Below the pieces are notes generated by a model that was given only the letters and a program-made list of their open reading frames with translations, had not been told where the DNA came from and did no database searches. Of a DNA stretch of 64,000 nt, positions 1 to 9,161 are shown one piece after another (the first letter of the stretch is position 1; each line of letters opens with the position of its first letter). The stretch is from NCBI GenBank assembly GCA_963743775.1, contig CAVURA010000008.1, positions 517,152 through 581,151 of the forward strand, given 5' to 3'. This stretch comes from an uncultured Bacteroidales bacterium. Lineage in GTDB: Bacteria > Bacteroidota > Bacteroidia > Bacteroidales > VadinHA17. A program made the translations under genes and the position numbers.

Positions 1-257
1 CTGACAGCAGCCTGCTCATAATCGGTCATGTTAATAAGGAGCATCTGTTTACCCTCTTCCGTCGAAACGGAGAAGGAGCCATCGTTCGCTGTTGTTCCCA
101 GCTCCCTGCCGGAGGCATCGGTTATTACTGCACCTGCTATTGGGGTTCTGTTACTTCTGTCGATTATCATGCCTTTGACCTTACCCTGCTGAGCACTCAT
201 GGTGCTACAGGCGAAAAAAGACAGTAACAATAAATAGATCAATCGTTTATTTTTCAT
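1..257 (-). CDS. N-terminal fragment of a CarboxypepD_reg-like domain protein, possibly a TonB-dependent receptor (SusC-like) N-terminus. It continues beyond the window.
   Basis: I translated the reverse strand from the ATG at 257-255: MKNKRLIYLLLLSFFACSTMSAQQGKVKGMIIDRSNRTPIAGAVITDASGRELGTTANDGSFSV... A signal peptide is followed by the G-x-V-x-D...P-I-x-G-A-x-V...T-D-x-x-G-x-F pattern of carboxypeptidase-regulatory-like domains. The frame stays open to position 1. Confidence 0.55.
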   Translation of the reverse strand, partial: MKNKRLIYLLLLSFFACSTMSAQQGKVKGMIIDRSNRTPIAGAVITDASGRELGTTANDGSFSVSTEEGKQMLLINMTDYEQAAV

Positions 258-383
258 GGGTTAGTCGGAAAATTGTCAAGAAAGATAAGGTTTTTGGTGA
301 AGAAGACAAAAGACAAATGATATAAGTCGAAAATCGAAAGTCGAAGAGCAAAAGTGTTAACTTTGGCGGAAGAATTTTGAATA

Positions 384-1436
384 ATGATTCACAGGCTTAC
401 CTTTATTATAATCCTGTTTTCACTTGGTTGTCTTACTGAAGCCCAGCAGTCAGTAAGAGCAGGGGTTATTGCTTTTTATAATCTGGAAAACCTGTTTGAC
501 ACGATTGATACTCCTGATGTACTTGATGAGGAGTTCACTCCTGAGGGTCCGAATAAGTGGACCGGATCGAAGTATCAGGAAAAGATTGACAACATGGCGC
601 TGGTTATTTCGCGCATCGGTGAGGATGATGGCTGGAAGGGCGGGCCGGCAGTGCTGGGCGTTTCCGAGATAGAGAACCGTGAAGTGCTCGAAGACCTCGC
701 TGCCCACCCTCTGCTTAAAGAATCCAATTACCAGATCATTCATTACGACTCACCTGATCTCAGAGGCGTCGACGTTGCACTTTTGTATCGTCCCAGGTTC
801 TTCAGGGTGACCGCATCAGGCAGCTGTGAGCTTGACCTTGCCGATGAGAACGGTGAGAGAATTTATACGCGGGATCAGCTTGTTGTGTCAGGTATTTTTG
901 ATGGGGAGCCGATGCACTTCATCGTATGTCACTGGCCTTCACGGTCGGGCGGTGAAGTCACCACCCGTCCACGGCGCAATGCCGCCGCTGCCCTGTCACG
1001 CAGGCTCACAGACAGCCTCATGACAGTTGATCCGCTGGCCAGGGTTTATGTCATGGGAGATCTCAATGATGATCCTACGGACGAGAGTCTACGCAAGTAT
1101 CTCAGGGCCTCGGGTGATCCTGACAGGATGGAGGAGGGGGAGCTCTATAACACTATGTTCCCGCTTTACAGGAAAGGCATAGGATCACTCTATTACCGTG
1201 ACGGGGTCAACCTTTTTGATCAGATCATTATCACTCAGTCGTTGCTTGGCAAAGACTATTCATCCTATAAATTCCTTGTTGCAAGAGTATTCAACGCACC
1301 ATTCCTGGTACAGAAAGACGGACAGTATAAAGGGTATCCCCTGAGGTCGTTTGTGGGAACGGTGTGGCAGGGAGGCTTCAGCGATCACTTCCCGGTTTAT
1401 GTGGTGATCGTCAGAAACGACTATCCGAAGAATTAA
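384..1436 (+). CDS. Secreted endonuclease/exonuclease/phosphatase (EEP) family protein
   Basis: 350-aa ORF with a signal peptide (MIHRLTFIIILFSLGCLTEAQ). It has an N-terminal FYNLENLFD motif, GDLNDDP, and the C-terminal SDHFPV motif typical of the EEP fold. Confidence 0.8.
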   Translation: MIHRLTFIIILFSLGCLTEAQQSVRAGVIAFYNLENLFDTIDTPDVLDEEFTPEGPNKWTGSKYQEKIDNMALVISRIGEDDGWKGGPAVLGVSEIENREVLEDLAAHPLLKESNYQIIHYDSPDLRGVDVALLYRPRFFRVTASGSCELDLADENGERIYTRDQLVVSGIFDGEPMHFIVCHWPSRSGGEVTTRPRRNAAAALSRRLTDSLMTVDPLARVYVMGDLNDDPTDESLRKYLRASGDPDRMEEGELYNTMFPLYRKGIGSLYYRDGVNLFDQIIITQSLLGKDYSSYKFLVARVFNAPFLVQKDGQYKGYPLRSFVGTVWQGGFSDHFPVYVVIVRNDYPKN

Positions 1437-1444
1437 TCATCTTT

Positions 1445-2362
1445 TCAGGGGAGGATCCTGATGCTGACGGGCCTGTGGTCTGACAGAACATCTTCGTAAT
1501 CGGGGTAGCAGGGACTGGCTTTTATCACCATTGCAGTGTCGATATGAGACGCCAGTTCATTTGTAACCAGTATGTGGTCTATATGACTGGGCCATGATGG
1601 ATATGACCACCAGAGAGCGCTCCCTTCGGCAATTGTCATGTCTGCAAAGGCGTAGTTTACACTGTCATTGATAAAGTTAAGGAAGGGATTCTCACCGGCA
1701 GCGGCTGATGTGATTTCGTCGTTATAATCGCCGAGCATTACCACGGCGTCATCCGGTCTCTCCCTGTCAAGGTATTCCTTCAGCTGTTCCGAGGCTGAGG
1801 TACGGCTGCTTTCGTTGTCGGAGCCGCTGCAGCATTTGAGGTGAAGGTTAATGAGGTATAGCTCAGTATCGGAGGGAATATGCCTTACCTTAATCTCGAA
1901 AGGAGGTCTGGGGAAAGCCCATGAGTCCTGAGAAAACAGAAGCTGTGCTGATTGGAGATACACCTCAGTCTCACTGTACTTGAAGAGGTATGCGAGGTTC
2001 CAGTTATCATTGTCAATAGGGTAGAAGCTGCCCGACCAGCCTGGCATCAGTTTTATAAGGCGGTTGAAGTCGGCTTCGGATGCCACCTCCTGCAGGGCCA
2101 CGATATCAGGATCAATGGTCTTTATAAGAGCTGCCAGCGCGGTGACACTTGTATAACCTGCCTTGGGAAATCCTTCAACGTTAAAGGTGACAATGTCAAG
2201 TGTTGATGACGTGCCGGGAATGACACATGCTGAGAAGAGACTAGTATCATCCGGTGACGGCGGAACAGGCACCTTGCGGCAGGATCCGGTGCCACAGACG
2301 AATGCTATTATTATTAAGGGCAGAAAAAGTCTGTTTGTTATTTTTGGCAGCATAGGGTGCAA
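1445..2362 (-). CDS. EEP family lipoprotein (putative nuclease/phosphatase)
   Basis: 305-aa ORF with a lipoprotein-like signal (IIAFVCGTGSC). Motifs: TFNVEGF, LQEV, GDYND and C-terminal LSDHRPV. It is convergent with the other EEP gene. Confidence 0.8.
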   Translation of the reverse strand: MHPMLPKITNRLFLPLIIIAFVCGTGSCRKVPVPPSPDDTSLFSACVIPGTSSTLDIVTFNVEGFPKAGYTSVTALAALIKTIDPDIVALQEVASEADFNRLIKLMPGWSGSFYPIDNDNWNLAYLFKYSETEVYLQSAQLLFSQDSWAFPRPPFEIKVRHIPSDTELYLINLHLKCCSGSDNESSRTSASEQLKEYLDRERPDDAVVMLGDYNDEITSAAAGENPFLNFINDSVNYAFADMTIAEGSALWWSYPSWPSHIDHILVTNELASHIDTAMVIKASPCYPDYEDVLSDHRPVSIRILP

Positions 2363-2435
2363 AGGTCATAAATTTTACGGCAATTGACAATAGGCAATCG
2401 GGCAGAATGACAGCAAGACAGAAAGACCGCATGAC

Positions 2436-2465
2436 AAAAACGCCCGACGAAAGGCCGGGCGTTTT
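2436..2465 (-). terminator. Rho-independent terminator downstream of the 837-aa T9SS cargo gene. The A-run/T-run flanks give it a bidirectional look.
   Basis: aaaaaCGCCCG-acgaaaggc-CGGGCGtttt: a 6-bp GC stem (2441-2446 / 2456-2461) flanked by an A-run and a T-run. It lies 24 nt past the stop at 2489. Confidence 0.55.
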
Positions 2466-2488
2466 CAGGTAAGGTGAGATTCAGGTGG

Positions 2489-5002
2489 TTATTCTTTTAC
2501 AAATCTTTTCATCACTGCTCCCTGCGGTGTGGTAAATTTGATGAAGTAAACGCCGCGGACCAGCTGGCTGACAGATATCACTTTCAGGTCCTCACCTTCA
2601 CAAATCACAGTGATAAGCTTGTTGCCCGTCACATCAAAGATCTCAATGCATTTGACGTCTTCAATACCTGTAGCCGTGACCTCCGAGTGTGCGGGAACGG
2701 GATAGATCCTGTACTGACCAGCTAATGCATCTGAGACACCTGTCGACAATGAGACTGTCACGGTATATACCGCTGTCGAACCATCCTCTGCTGTTACAGT
2801 GTAGGTGACAGGATTGGTGAAATCCTTAGCTGTACCGGATGCCGGATCAACAGTTGATTTTTCAGAAACCGTAATTGTCGGAACCAGTGATGTCCGGGCT
2901 GTGCTGGCGGGAACTGTCAGAGCAATTGTCTTAGATGCTTCGTTGATCGTCCCGGTTACAGCAGGAGTCAATCCGTTAAAAGCAAAGGCTGTAATGGCTT
3001 TGTTGGAACTGAGAAGGTAAAAACCAGATGTATTCATTGGATAAACCTGGGCAGTCGTATTATAGAACCCGGCAAGAGCGGTAAGATGCATCATAGCTGT
3101 CGGTATGACTGTACCAACAACATTGCCATCGCCTGATTTAAATGTTCTGAGACCTACAGTACTTGTTCCGTCGGTGACATTGTAGTTAGTCGATTCGGCA
3201 AAAGTCGCTGTCCCGTTACCCTCAGTAATAGTTACCGTTTTAAGTTTAATAACCATCGACTCATATTTCAGGAAATCTGTCAGGTACTGTGCAACAGTCA
3301 GTTCAGGTATCGTAACCGTATTGCCGCCCGACTTGACCGTAACAGTAGCCACAGTCGGAACAATCTCCATGACACCTCCATAAAATGCTATTTTCCCTTC
3401 AAGTCCCTCGATCTTGTCACCTGCTGCAACGACCGTTGTAAGTACTCCTGATGCATCGTCAATAAGCAGGCCTGCATTGGCATCCTGGATATATTTCTGG
3501 TTCCGGTTGGCTGGCCTCAGGAAAGTGACTGTTGCTTCACCGGATAGTTTAACTACGTCCTTATCCGCGAATCTTGTTCTCAGGTCCGTGATTGTCGTAG
3601 CAACACCTATTACTGTAAATGCTCCGCTTTCAGAGCTGACTGCGGCATTCGATTTGTCGGAGACCCGTATCTTGTATTCCACCCCGTAAGGAGCGTCAGC
3701 GGGAACGGTGATATCAGCTTTTCCTGCTGCAGCAGGGGTGGTTGCCACAAATGAGCTCCATGAATAAGTGCCAGCGTTGGGCGACCAGACCTCTATGAAA
3801 ATATCTGTGATGTTGGCCGATGTCCACGTTATTGATGTGGCGTCGCCGGCATGGAATGTTTCTCCTCCGACGGGACCTGTTATAGTAACTGTGCCGGCAG
3901 TAGAGGCCAGGGTAGTGAATGTCACGCCTGAGGCAGTGGACTCATTTCCCTTTGCATCTTCAACTGAACCTACAGCCAGGTAATAGACCTGGGAGTTGAG
4001 GAGCGCTGATGAAGGGGTAACGGTAATGACTTTCTTTTCGGCGTCAATCGTTGCAGTGAAGGGAACATTTTCGCCGGCAGCATCTGTCTTCCTGAAGGAG
4101 ACCAGTGTTGCCAGGTCAGCGTCAGCGAGTACTGATCCGTCTGTTTTCAGGACAGCTTTGTCAAATGTTATCGTCGGTTTAACATCCGGGGTCACGTCCA
4201 CGGCTGCATTGGTAGGGACGAAGGTGGCGACCGGTGCAGTTACATCGACAGGGAGGGGGTCGGTCACAGCTTCGGCCCAGGTTTTTCCGATTCTGATACC
4301 GTCAATAACGACATTCTGGTTTCCGCTGAACTGACGCAGGGCAATCGAGCCAGGCTCAATTTCAGATTGAGTCGCATCGGTCAATGGTCCTATTGTCGGA
4401 GTTCCCGGTTCAGTGGCCGGAACAGCTCCTGATATGATATGGAGGCTGACAATATTATTGACTGGACCATCAACAATCTCATATTTCAGAACAAATAAAT
4501 ATGTTGAATTGTAGGTATACGACCCTGATGTCACAGGTGTTGCCGTGTTAGAGCCCACCGATAACCCAAAATTAAACGGATCAGCTGCGCCTACCAAAAA
4601 TAATTTTCCCCTGAATGTGGTCCCGATCGGATTACCTCCCAGGTGCATAAAATAACCTTCGGCTGAAGCAATTACTTTCACCGTAAAGGCTGCATAGACA
4701 GTACCTGAAGTCTGAGCAGTGAATGTCTTATGAACATCCTCTCCGGTGTTGTCAATTTGTGCTGCCCCGCCAATATCAGACAGCGGATAGCCTGTGAATG
4801 TTAATCCTGGAACAACCACATCAACAGGCTGCGTTCCAGATCCGGAATGGGCCGTCCAGCCGACATTTGTGAGCAAGGTTCCTGCTGTGTAGTCAAAGTT
4901 TTCAATCAGCAGCGCCTGTGAGTAACTGTCCTGCAGCGAGAGAGCAGAGAAGAGAGTTACAAACAGCAAAGCGTTCAGGAGTAGAGATCTCTTCATAAGC
5001 AT
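2489..5002 (-). CDS. Large secreted multidomain protein with a T9SS C-terminal sorting domain (T9SS cargo)
   Basis: 837 aa with a signal peptide MLMKRSLLLNALLFVTLFSALSLQ. An internal Ig-like (SbsA/Big_5-like) segment begins VDVTAPVATFVPTNAA...YYLAVGSVEDAKGNES. The last ~75 aa (YRIYPVPAHSEV...RGVYFIKFTTPQGAVMKRFVKE) fit the type A T9SS CTD pattern. Confidence 0.8.
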   Translation of the reverse strand: MLMKRSLLLNALLFVTLFSALSLQDSYSQALLIENFDYTAGTLLTNVGWTAHSGSGTQPVDVVVPGLTFTGYPLSDIGGAAQIDNTGEDVHKTFTAQTSGTVYAAFTVKVIASAEGYFMHLGGNPIGTTFRGKLFLVGAADPFNFGLSVGSNTATPVTSGSYTYNSTYLFVLKYEIVDGPVNNIVSLHIISGAVPATEPGTPTIGPLTDATQSEIEPGSIALRQFSGNQNVVIDGIRIGKTWAEAVTDPLPVDVTAPVATFVPTNAAVDVTPDVKPTITFDKAVLKTDGSVLADADLATLVSFRKTDAAGENVPFTATIDAEKKVITVTPSSALLNSQVYYLAVGSVEDAKGNESTASGVTFTTLASTAGTVTITGPVGGETFHAGDATSITWTSANITDIFIEVWSPNAGTYSWSSFVATTPAAAGKADITVPADAPYGVEYKIRVSDKSNAAVSSESGAFTVIGVATTITDLRTRFADKDVVKLSGEATVTFLRPANRNQKYIQDANAGLLIDDASGVLTTVVAAGDKIEGLEGKIAFYGGVMEIVPTVATVTVKSGGNTVTIPELTVAQYLTDFLKYESMVIKLKTVTITEGNGTATFAESTNYNVTDGTSTVGLRTFKSGDGNVVGTVIPTAMMHLTALAGFYNTTAQVYPMNTSGFYLLSSNKAITAFAFNGLTPAVTGTINEASKTIALTVPASTARTSLVPTITVSEKSTVDPASGTAKDFTNPVTYTVTAEDGSTAVYTVTVSLSTGVSDALAGQYRIYPVPAHSEVTATGIEDVKCIEIFDVTGNKLITVICEGEDLKVISVSQLVRGVYFIKFTTPQGAVMKRFVKE

Positions 5003-5232
5003 GCATCTTCAAATTTTTATTTCAATAAAAATCAAGAGTCTAAATTTATGAAAAGAGAATTAAAGTTGCAGACAATTTTGAGGCAATTGTTCAAATCACG
5101 ATAACTTTATTAAAATTTGACCCCTCCGGCGGCTGAAATAAGCGGCATAGGATTGTTCAGAAAAGCAACAACTTTGTTGGGGGAAGTGAAATTACAAAAT
5201 AGCGCAGAGCCCGCCTGGCAGCACGCACTGTT

Positions 5233-5613
5233 TTATTCCTTTGTAAACCGCTTGATTGATGTTGATCCGGGAGTGATGAACCTTATGAAGTATATGCCGC
5301 GCGGGAGCTGGCTCACGGGAATCCTTAAATGATCCTGATTGTCACAGGTTTCGGAAATGTGCTTGTTACCCATTACATCAAAGATCTCTATCCTGGTGAC
5401 ATTGACAATATTGTCTATGAAAAGATCAGATATTACAGGCACAGGATAGAGTTTAATCTTCTGGGCAACACTTAATGTAATTGAATCAGGAGTAACGGTA
5501 CCGCCATCTTTTGATAATTCTGGCAGAGGTGTCTGGCCTGAGGCAACGCCAGTGGCAAGTATTGCTGCCGTGATGAGAATTACAAGATTTGACAGGGGTA
5601 GAAGTCTCTTCAT
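5233..5613 (-). CDS. Very small T9SS CTD-containing protein (signal peptide, ~25-30 aa, then CTD)
   Basis: 126 aa with signal peptide MKRLLPLSNLVILITAAILATGVASGQ. The C-terminal 75 aa (KLYPVPVISDL...RGIYFIRFITPGSTSIKRFTKE) align closely with the CTD of the neighbouring 837-aa protein. Confidence 0.65.
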   Translation of the reverse strand: MKRLLPLSNLVILITAAILATGVASGQTPLPELSKDGGTVTPDSITLSVAQKIKLYPVPVISDLFIDNIVNVTRIEIFDVMGNKHISETCDNQDHLRIPVSQLPRGIYFIRFITPGSTSIKRFTKE

Positions 5614-5924
5614 AAGCTACTGTTCTCTTTATTTATTATTACCAAAATCACCGCAGGGCATAAATTTAATAATACAAAGCTTATGTTAAACTCAAATCTT
5701 TGTTCAAAAGTTTCATTTTTAACTGAGTTATTCACAATGACTGATTCATTTAACCAATCACGCATTAAATACCAAGCAAAGCATCTGCCGGCCTATATAC
5801 ACTGTAGGGTCAGTATGTGAGCCTGTCAGGTATCTGAATCATCATAATTCTTGCATCTGCCTAAAACATGCATTTTGTCACAGGTAAGATCTGACAAAAA
5901 AATTATCTTAGCCGCCGCTTTAAA

Positions 5925-8048
5925 ATGAATCATAAACAATTAAAAAACAATAGCGTGAAAAAAATCATTATCATCCTGATTGCTGCAGTTGCTGCGGTTG
6001 TTTCATGTACTTCAGAGAAAAAAGGAACGGAAAATCCATTCTTCACTGAGTGGCAGACACCTTTCGGAGTGCCTCCTTTTGACCAGATACATAATAAGGA
6101 TTACATGCCTGCAGTTGACTCAGCCATCACCCTGGCCAAAAATGAGATAGCAGCCATTACCGCCTCCACTGAGGCCCCGACATTCGCAAATACAATCGCA
6201 GCATTCGATCGCAGTGGTCAGTTGCTGAATAAAGTGGCGTACGTTTTTTACGCACAGGCCGGCGCCAACACCAATGACAGCATTAAAGCAACCGAGATGG
6301 AGCTCGCTCCGAAAATGTCAGCCTACAGCGATGAGGTGCTGCTCAATGCAGAACTCTTCAGGAGGATCAGGACAGTGTATGAAAACAGGGCAAACGAAAA
6401 ACTTAACGACGAGGAGCTCTACCTTCTTGAGAACCTTTACAAGAGCTTCGTCCGCAATGGTGCTCTTCTGAACCCGGCAGACCAGGAGACACTGAAGAAA
6501 TTCAACCAGGACATTTCAGTGCTTGCAGTAAAATTTAATCAGAATGTACTTTCCGAGACAAACGGTTTCAAACTTATCATAGATAATGAAGCCGACCTGG
6601 CCGGACTACCTGAGAGTGTAATTGCCAATGCTGCAGAGATGGCCAGCGCTGACAGCCTCGAAGGCAAGTGGGTCTTTACCACCCAGAAACCCAGCATGAT
6701 ACCCTTCCTGCAGTATGCTGACAATCGCGATCTCCGCAAAAAACTGTACGACGCATACCTTAACCGCGGCAACAACGGAAACGAGTATGACAACAACCAG
6801 GTTCTTGCTGACCTTGTCAGCCTGAGGGCTGACAGGGCAAAACTTCTGGGATATAAGACTCATGCCCATATAAATCTTGAAAACAGGATGGCCAAGACAC
6901 CGGAGAATGTCTTCGCCCTTTTGAACGGGTTGTTCAGCAGGTCGCAGAAGGTCGCCATCCGTGAGCGTGACGAAATGCAGAAGATCGTTGACAGTGAAGG
7001 CGGCAAATTCAAACTTGAGCCTCAGGACTGGTGGTATTACGCAGAGAAACTGCGCAAGGCAAAATATGATCTTGATGAAAATGAGCTGAGACCTTATTTC
7101 AGCCTCGACAACGTGCGCGACGGCGCCTTCACCGTTGCAAACAAACTTTACGGAATTACCTTCACCCGTCTCGAAAACATGCCTCTACCTCATCCTGATG
7201 CACAGGCTTTCGAGGTGAAGGAAGCCGACGGAAGTCACCTCGGTGTCCTCTACATGGACTTCTTCCCGAGGGAGAGCAAAAGCCAGGGTGCATGGTGCGG
7301 CGGTTACCGTGATCACAGGGTGCTCGACGGCAAAGAGATAACTCCGGTAGTGACCATAGTGGGTAACTTTACCCCGCCGGCACCGGATGAGCCCGCACTG
7401 CTGAGCATGGATGACGTGAGCACACTTTTCCACGAGTTCGGTCATGGGCTTCAGGGTCTGTTCTCTGCCAATACCTATGGAAGCACATACACCGCGCAAG
7501 ACATTGTCGAACTTCCTTCACAGATTATGGAGCATTGGGCCACCCAGCCGGAGGTCCTTAAAATGTACGCCAAACATTATAAAACCGGAGAAGTCATTCC
7601 CGACGAGCTCGTTGAGAAAATAAAAAACAGCAGCTACTTTAACGTTGGATTTGACAATGTGGAGATCATGGCCGCATCACTGCTCGATATGGCTTATTAT
7701 TCCCTCGAAGCTCCGGCAGTCGTTGACGTACAGAAATTTGAAAAGGAGACAATGAAGAAATTAGGCCTCATCCCGGAAATAGAACCAAGATACCGCAGCA
7801 CATACTTCCTTCACATAATTGACGGGTATGACGCAGGCTATTATGTCTATACCTGGGCTGCAGTGCTCGATAATGACGCCTTTGAAGCATTCAGGGAAAA
7901 CGGAATATTTGATCAGGCCACAGCAACATCATTCAGGACCAACATTCTTGAAAAGATGGGCATCATGGACGCTGAACAGCAGTACCTCAATTTCCGTGGC
8001 CGTGAACCGCAGATAGAACCGATGCTGAGAAACAGGGGACTGAATTAA
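5925..8048 (+). CDS. dcp: M3 family zinc metallopeptidase (peptidyl-dipeptidase Dcp-like), lipoprotein
   Basis: 707 aa with a lipobox-like N-terminus (AAVAAVVSCTSE), the HEFGHGLQ zinc motif, and an overall M3A layout. Confidence 0.85.
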   Translation: MNHKQLKNNSVKKIIIILIAAVAAVVSCTSEKKGTENPFFTEWQTPFGVPPFDQIHNKDYMPAVDSAITLAKNEIAAITASTEAPTFANTIAAFDRSGQLLNKVAYVFYAQAGANTNDSIKATEMELAPKMSAYSDEVLLNAELFRRIRTVYENRANEKLNDEELYLLENLYKSFVRNGALLNPADQETLKKFNQDISVLAVKFNQNVLSETNGFKLIIDNEADLAGLPESVIANAAEMASADSLEGKWVFTTQKPSMIPFLQYADNRDLRKKLYDAYLNRGNNGNEYDNNQVLADLVSLRADRAKLLGYKTHAHINLENRMAKTPENVFALLNGLFSRSQKVAIRERDEMQKIVDSEGGKFKLEPQDWWYYAEKLRKAKYDLDENELRPYFSLDNVRDGAFTVANKLYGITFTRLENMPLPHPDAQAFEVKEADGSHLGVLYMDFFPRESKSQGAWCGGYRDHRVLDGKEITPVVTIVGNFTPPAPDEPALLSMDDVSTLFHEFGHGLQGLFSANTYGSTYTAQDIVELPSQIMEHWATQPEVLKMYAKHYKTGEVIPDELVEKIKNSSYFNVGFDNVEIMAASLLDMAYYSLEAPAVVDVQKFEKETMKKLGLIPEIEPRYRSTYFLHIIDGYDAGYYVYTWAAVLDNDAFEAFRENGIFDQATATSFRTNILEKMGIMDAEQQYLNFRGREPQIEPMLRNRGLN

Positions 8049-8088
8049 GGAAAAAGGTTCATGGCCGTTAATTAATATCTTTACGGCT

Positions 8089-9143
8089 GTGAAAGAAAAA
8101 GCCAACATCATCCCCCTGGCAGGCCTGGATCTCACGAAAACGGAGGACCTGCTGGCGCGTACTGACATTGAACGCCGTTACGCCCGTCGCATCCTGTACT
8201 GGATATACAAAAAGGGTATAAGGGCATTCAGTGAAATCAACGACATTCCCAGGGCGGTGTTGTCATTGCTTTCAGAAAGCTTCAGCACAGGTCTCAGTGA
8301 ACCTGTATCGACAGTAGCTTCCGCAGACGGTAGCGTAAAGTATCTTTTCAGCACGGATAATGCTCTTCTTCACGAAGCAGTATACCTACCTGACGGCAGG
8401 CGCGAAACGGTATGTATTTCAGTTCAGTCAGGATGCCGCATGGGTTGCAGCTTCTGTGCAACAGGACAGAACGGATGGAGAGGTAACCTTACAGCCGGTG
8501 AAATTGTCAACCAGGTTGTCAGTCTGCCGCATAAGGTGACTCATGTGGTGCTTATGGGAATGGGTGAACCTGGCGATAATATTGACGAAGTAATAAAGGC
8601 ATTAAGGGTGCTCACCGCTGAGTGGGGAATGGCAATAGGAAAGAGGAGGGTAACCGTTTCAACTGTTGGCATTACGCCTGCGGTAAAAAGACTCCTTGAT
8701 GAAACTGAATGCAACATCACCCTCAGCCTTTATTCTCCTTTCCTGAAGAGAGACTGGAGGCAATATCGGCGGAGAACGCATGGCCTTTCAAAGAAACACT
8801 GGACCTGATGAAGACAACCATGACAGGCTGCGACAGGCGTTTTACTGTCGCTTACGTTATGATTAAAGGGAAAAATGACACGGATAAGCATCTTGAGGAA
8901 TTAAAAAGGTTACTTTCGGGAACAGGCATCAGAGTCAATCTTCTTCCTTATCACAACACGGGAACAGACGATGACAGGAGCGCTGACAGTGCGACAATGA
9001 TGAGATTTAAACATCATCTGGTAACCTCCGGGGTCGGTGCTTCAGTGCGTAAATCCAGAGGTCTGGATATTGAGGCTGCATGCGGCATGCTGGCAGCGGG
9101 CATTAGAGCAGGGGGCAGTATGCAGAACAACAAGAAAGAATAA
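8089..9143 (+). pseudogene. rlmN: 23S rRNA (adenine2503-C2)-methyltransferase RlmN (radical SAM), split by one frame break near 8739-8741
   Basis: Two overlapping ORFs (8089-8808 and 8709-9143) together give a ~351-aa RlmN. Motifs: CRMGCSFCATG (CxxxCxxC), MGMGEP, and C-terminal GLDIEAACGML. Restoring one T in the cc-ttt-cc run gives the continuous LSLYSPFPEERLEAI. The start codon is GTG at 8089. Confidence 0.85.
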
Positions 9144-9161
9144 ACAGATAAACGAACAGAT

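Noticed and set aside
5117-5332. A 71-aa + strand ORF between the two T9SS cargo genes
   Set aside because: It overlaps the 3' CTD-coding end of the 5233-5613 gene on the other strand. It has no recognisable features and is most likely spurious.
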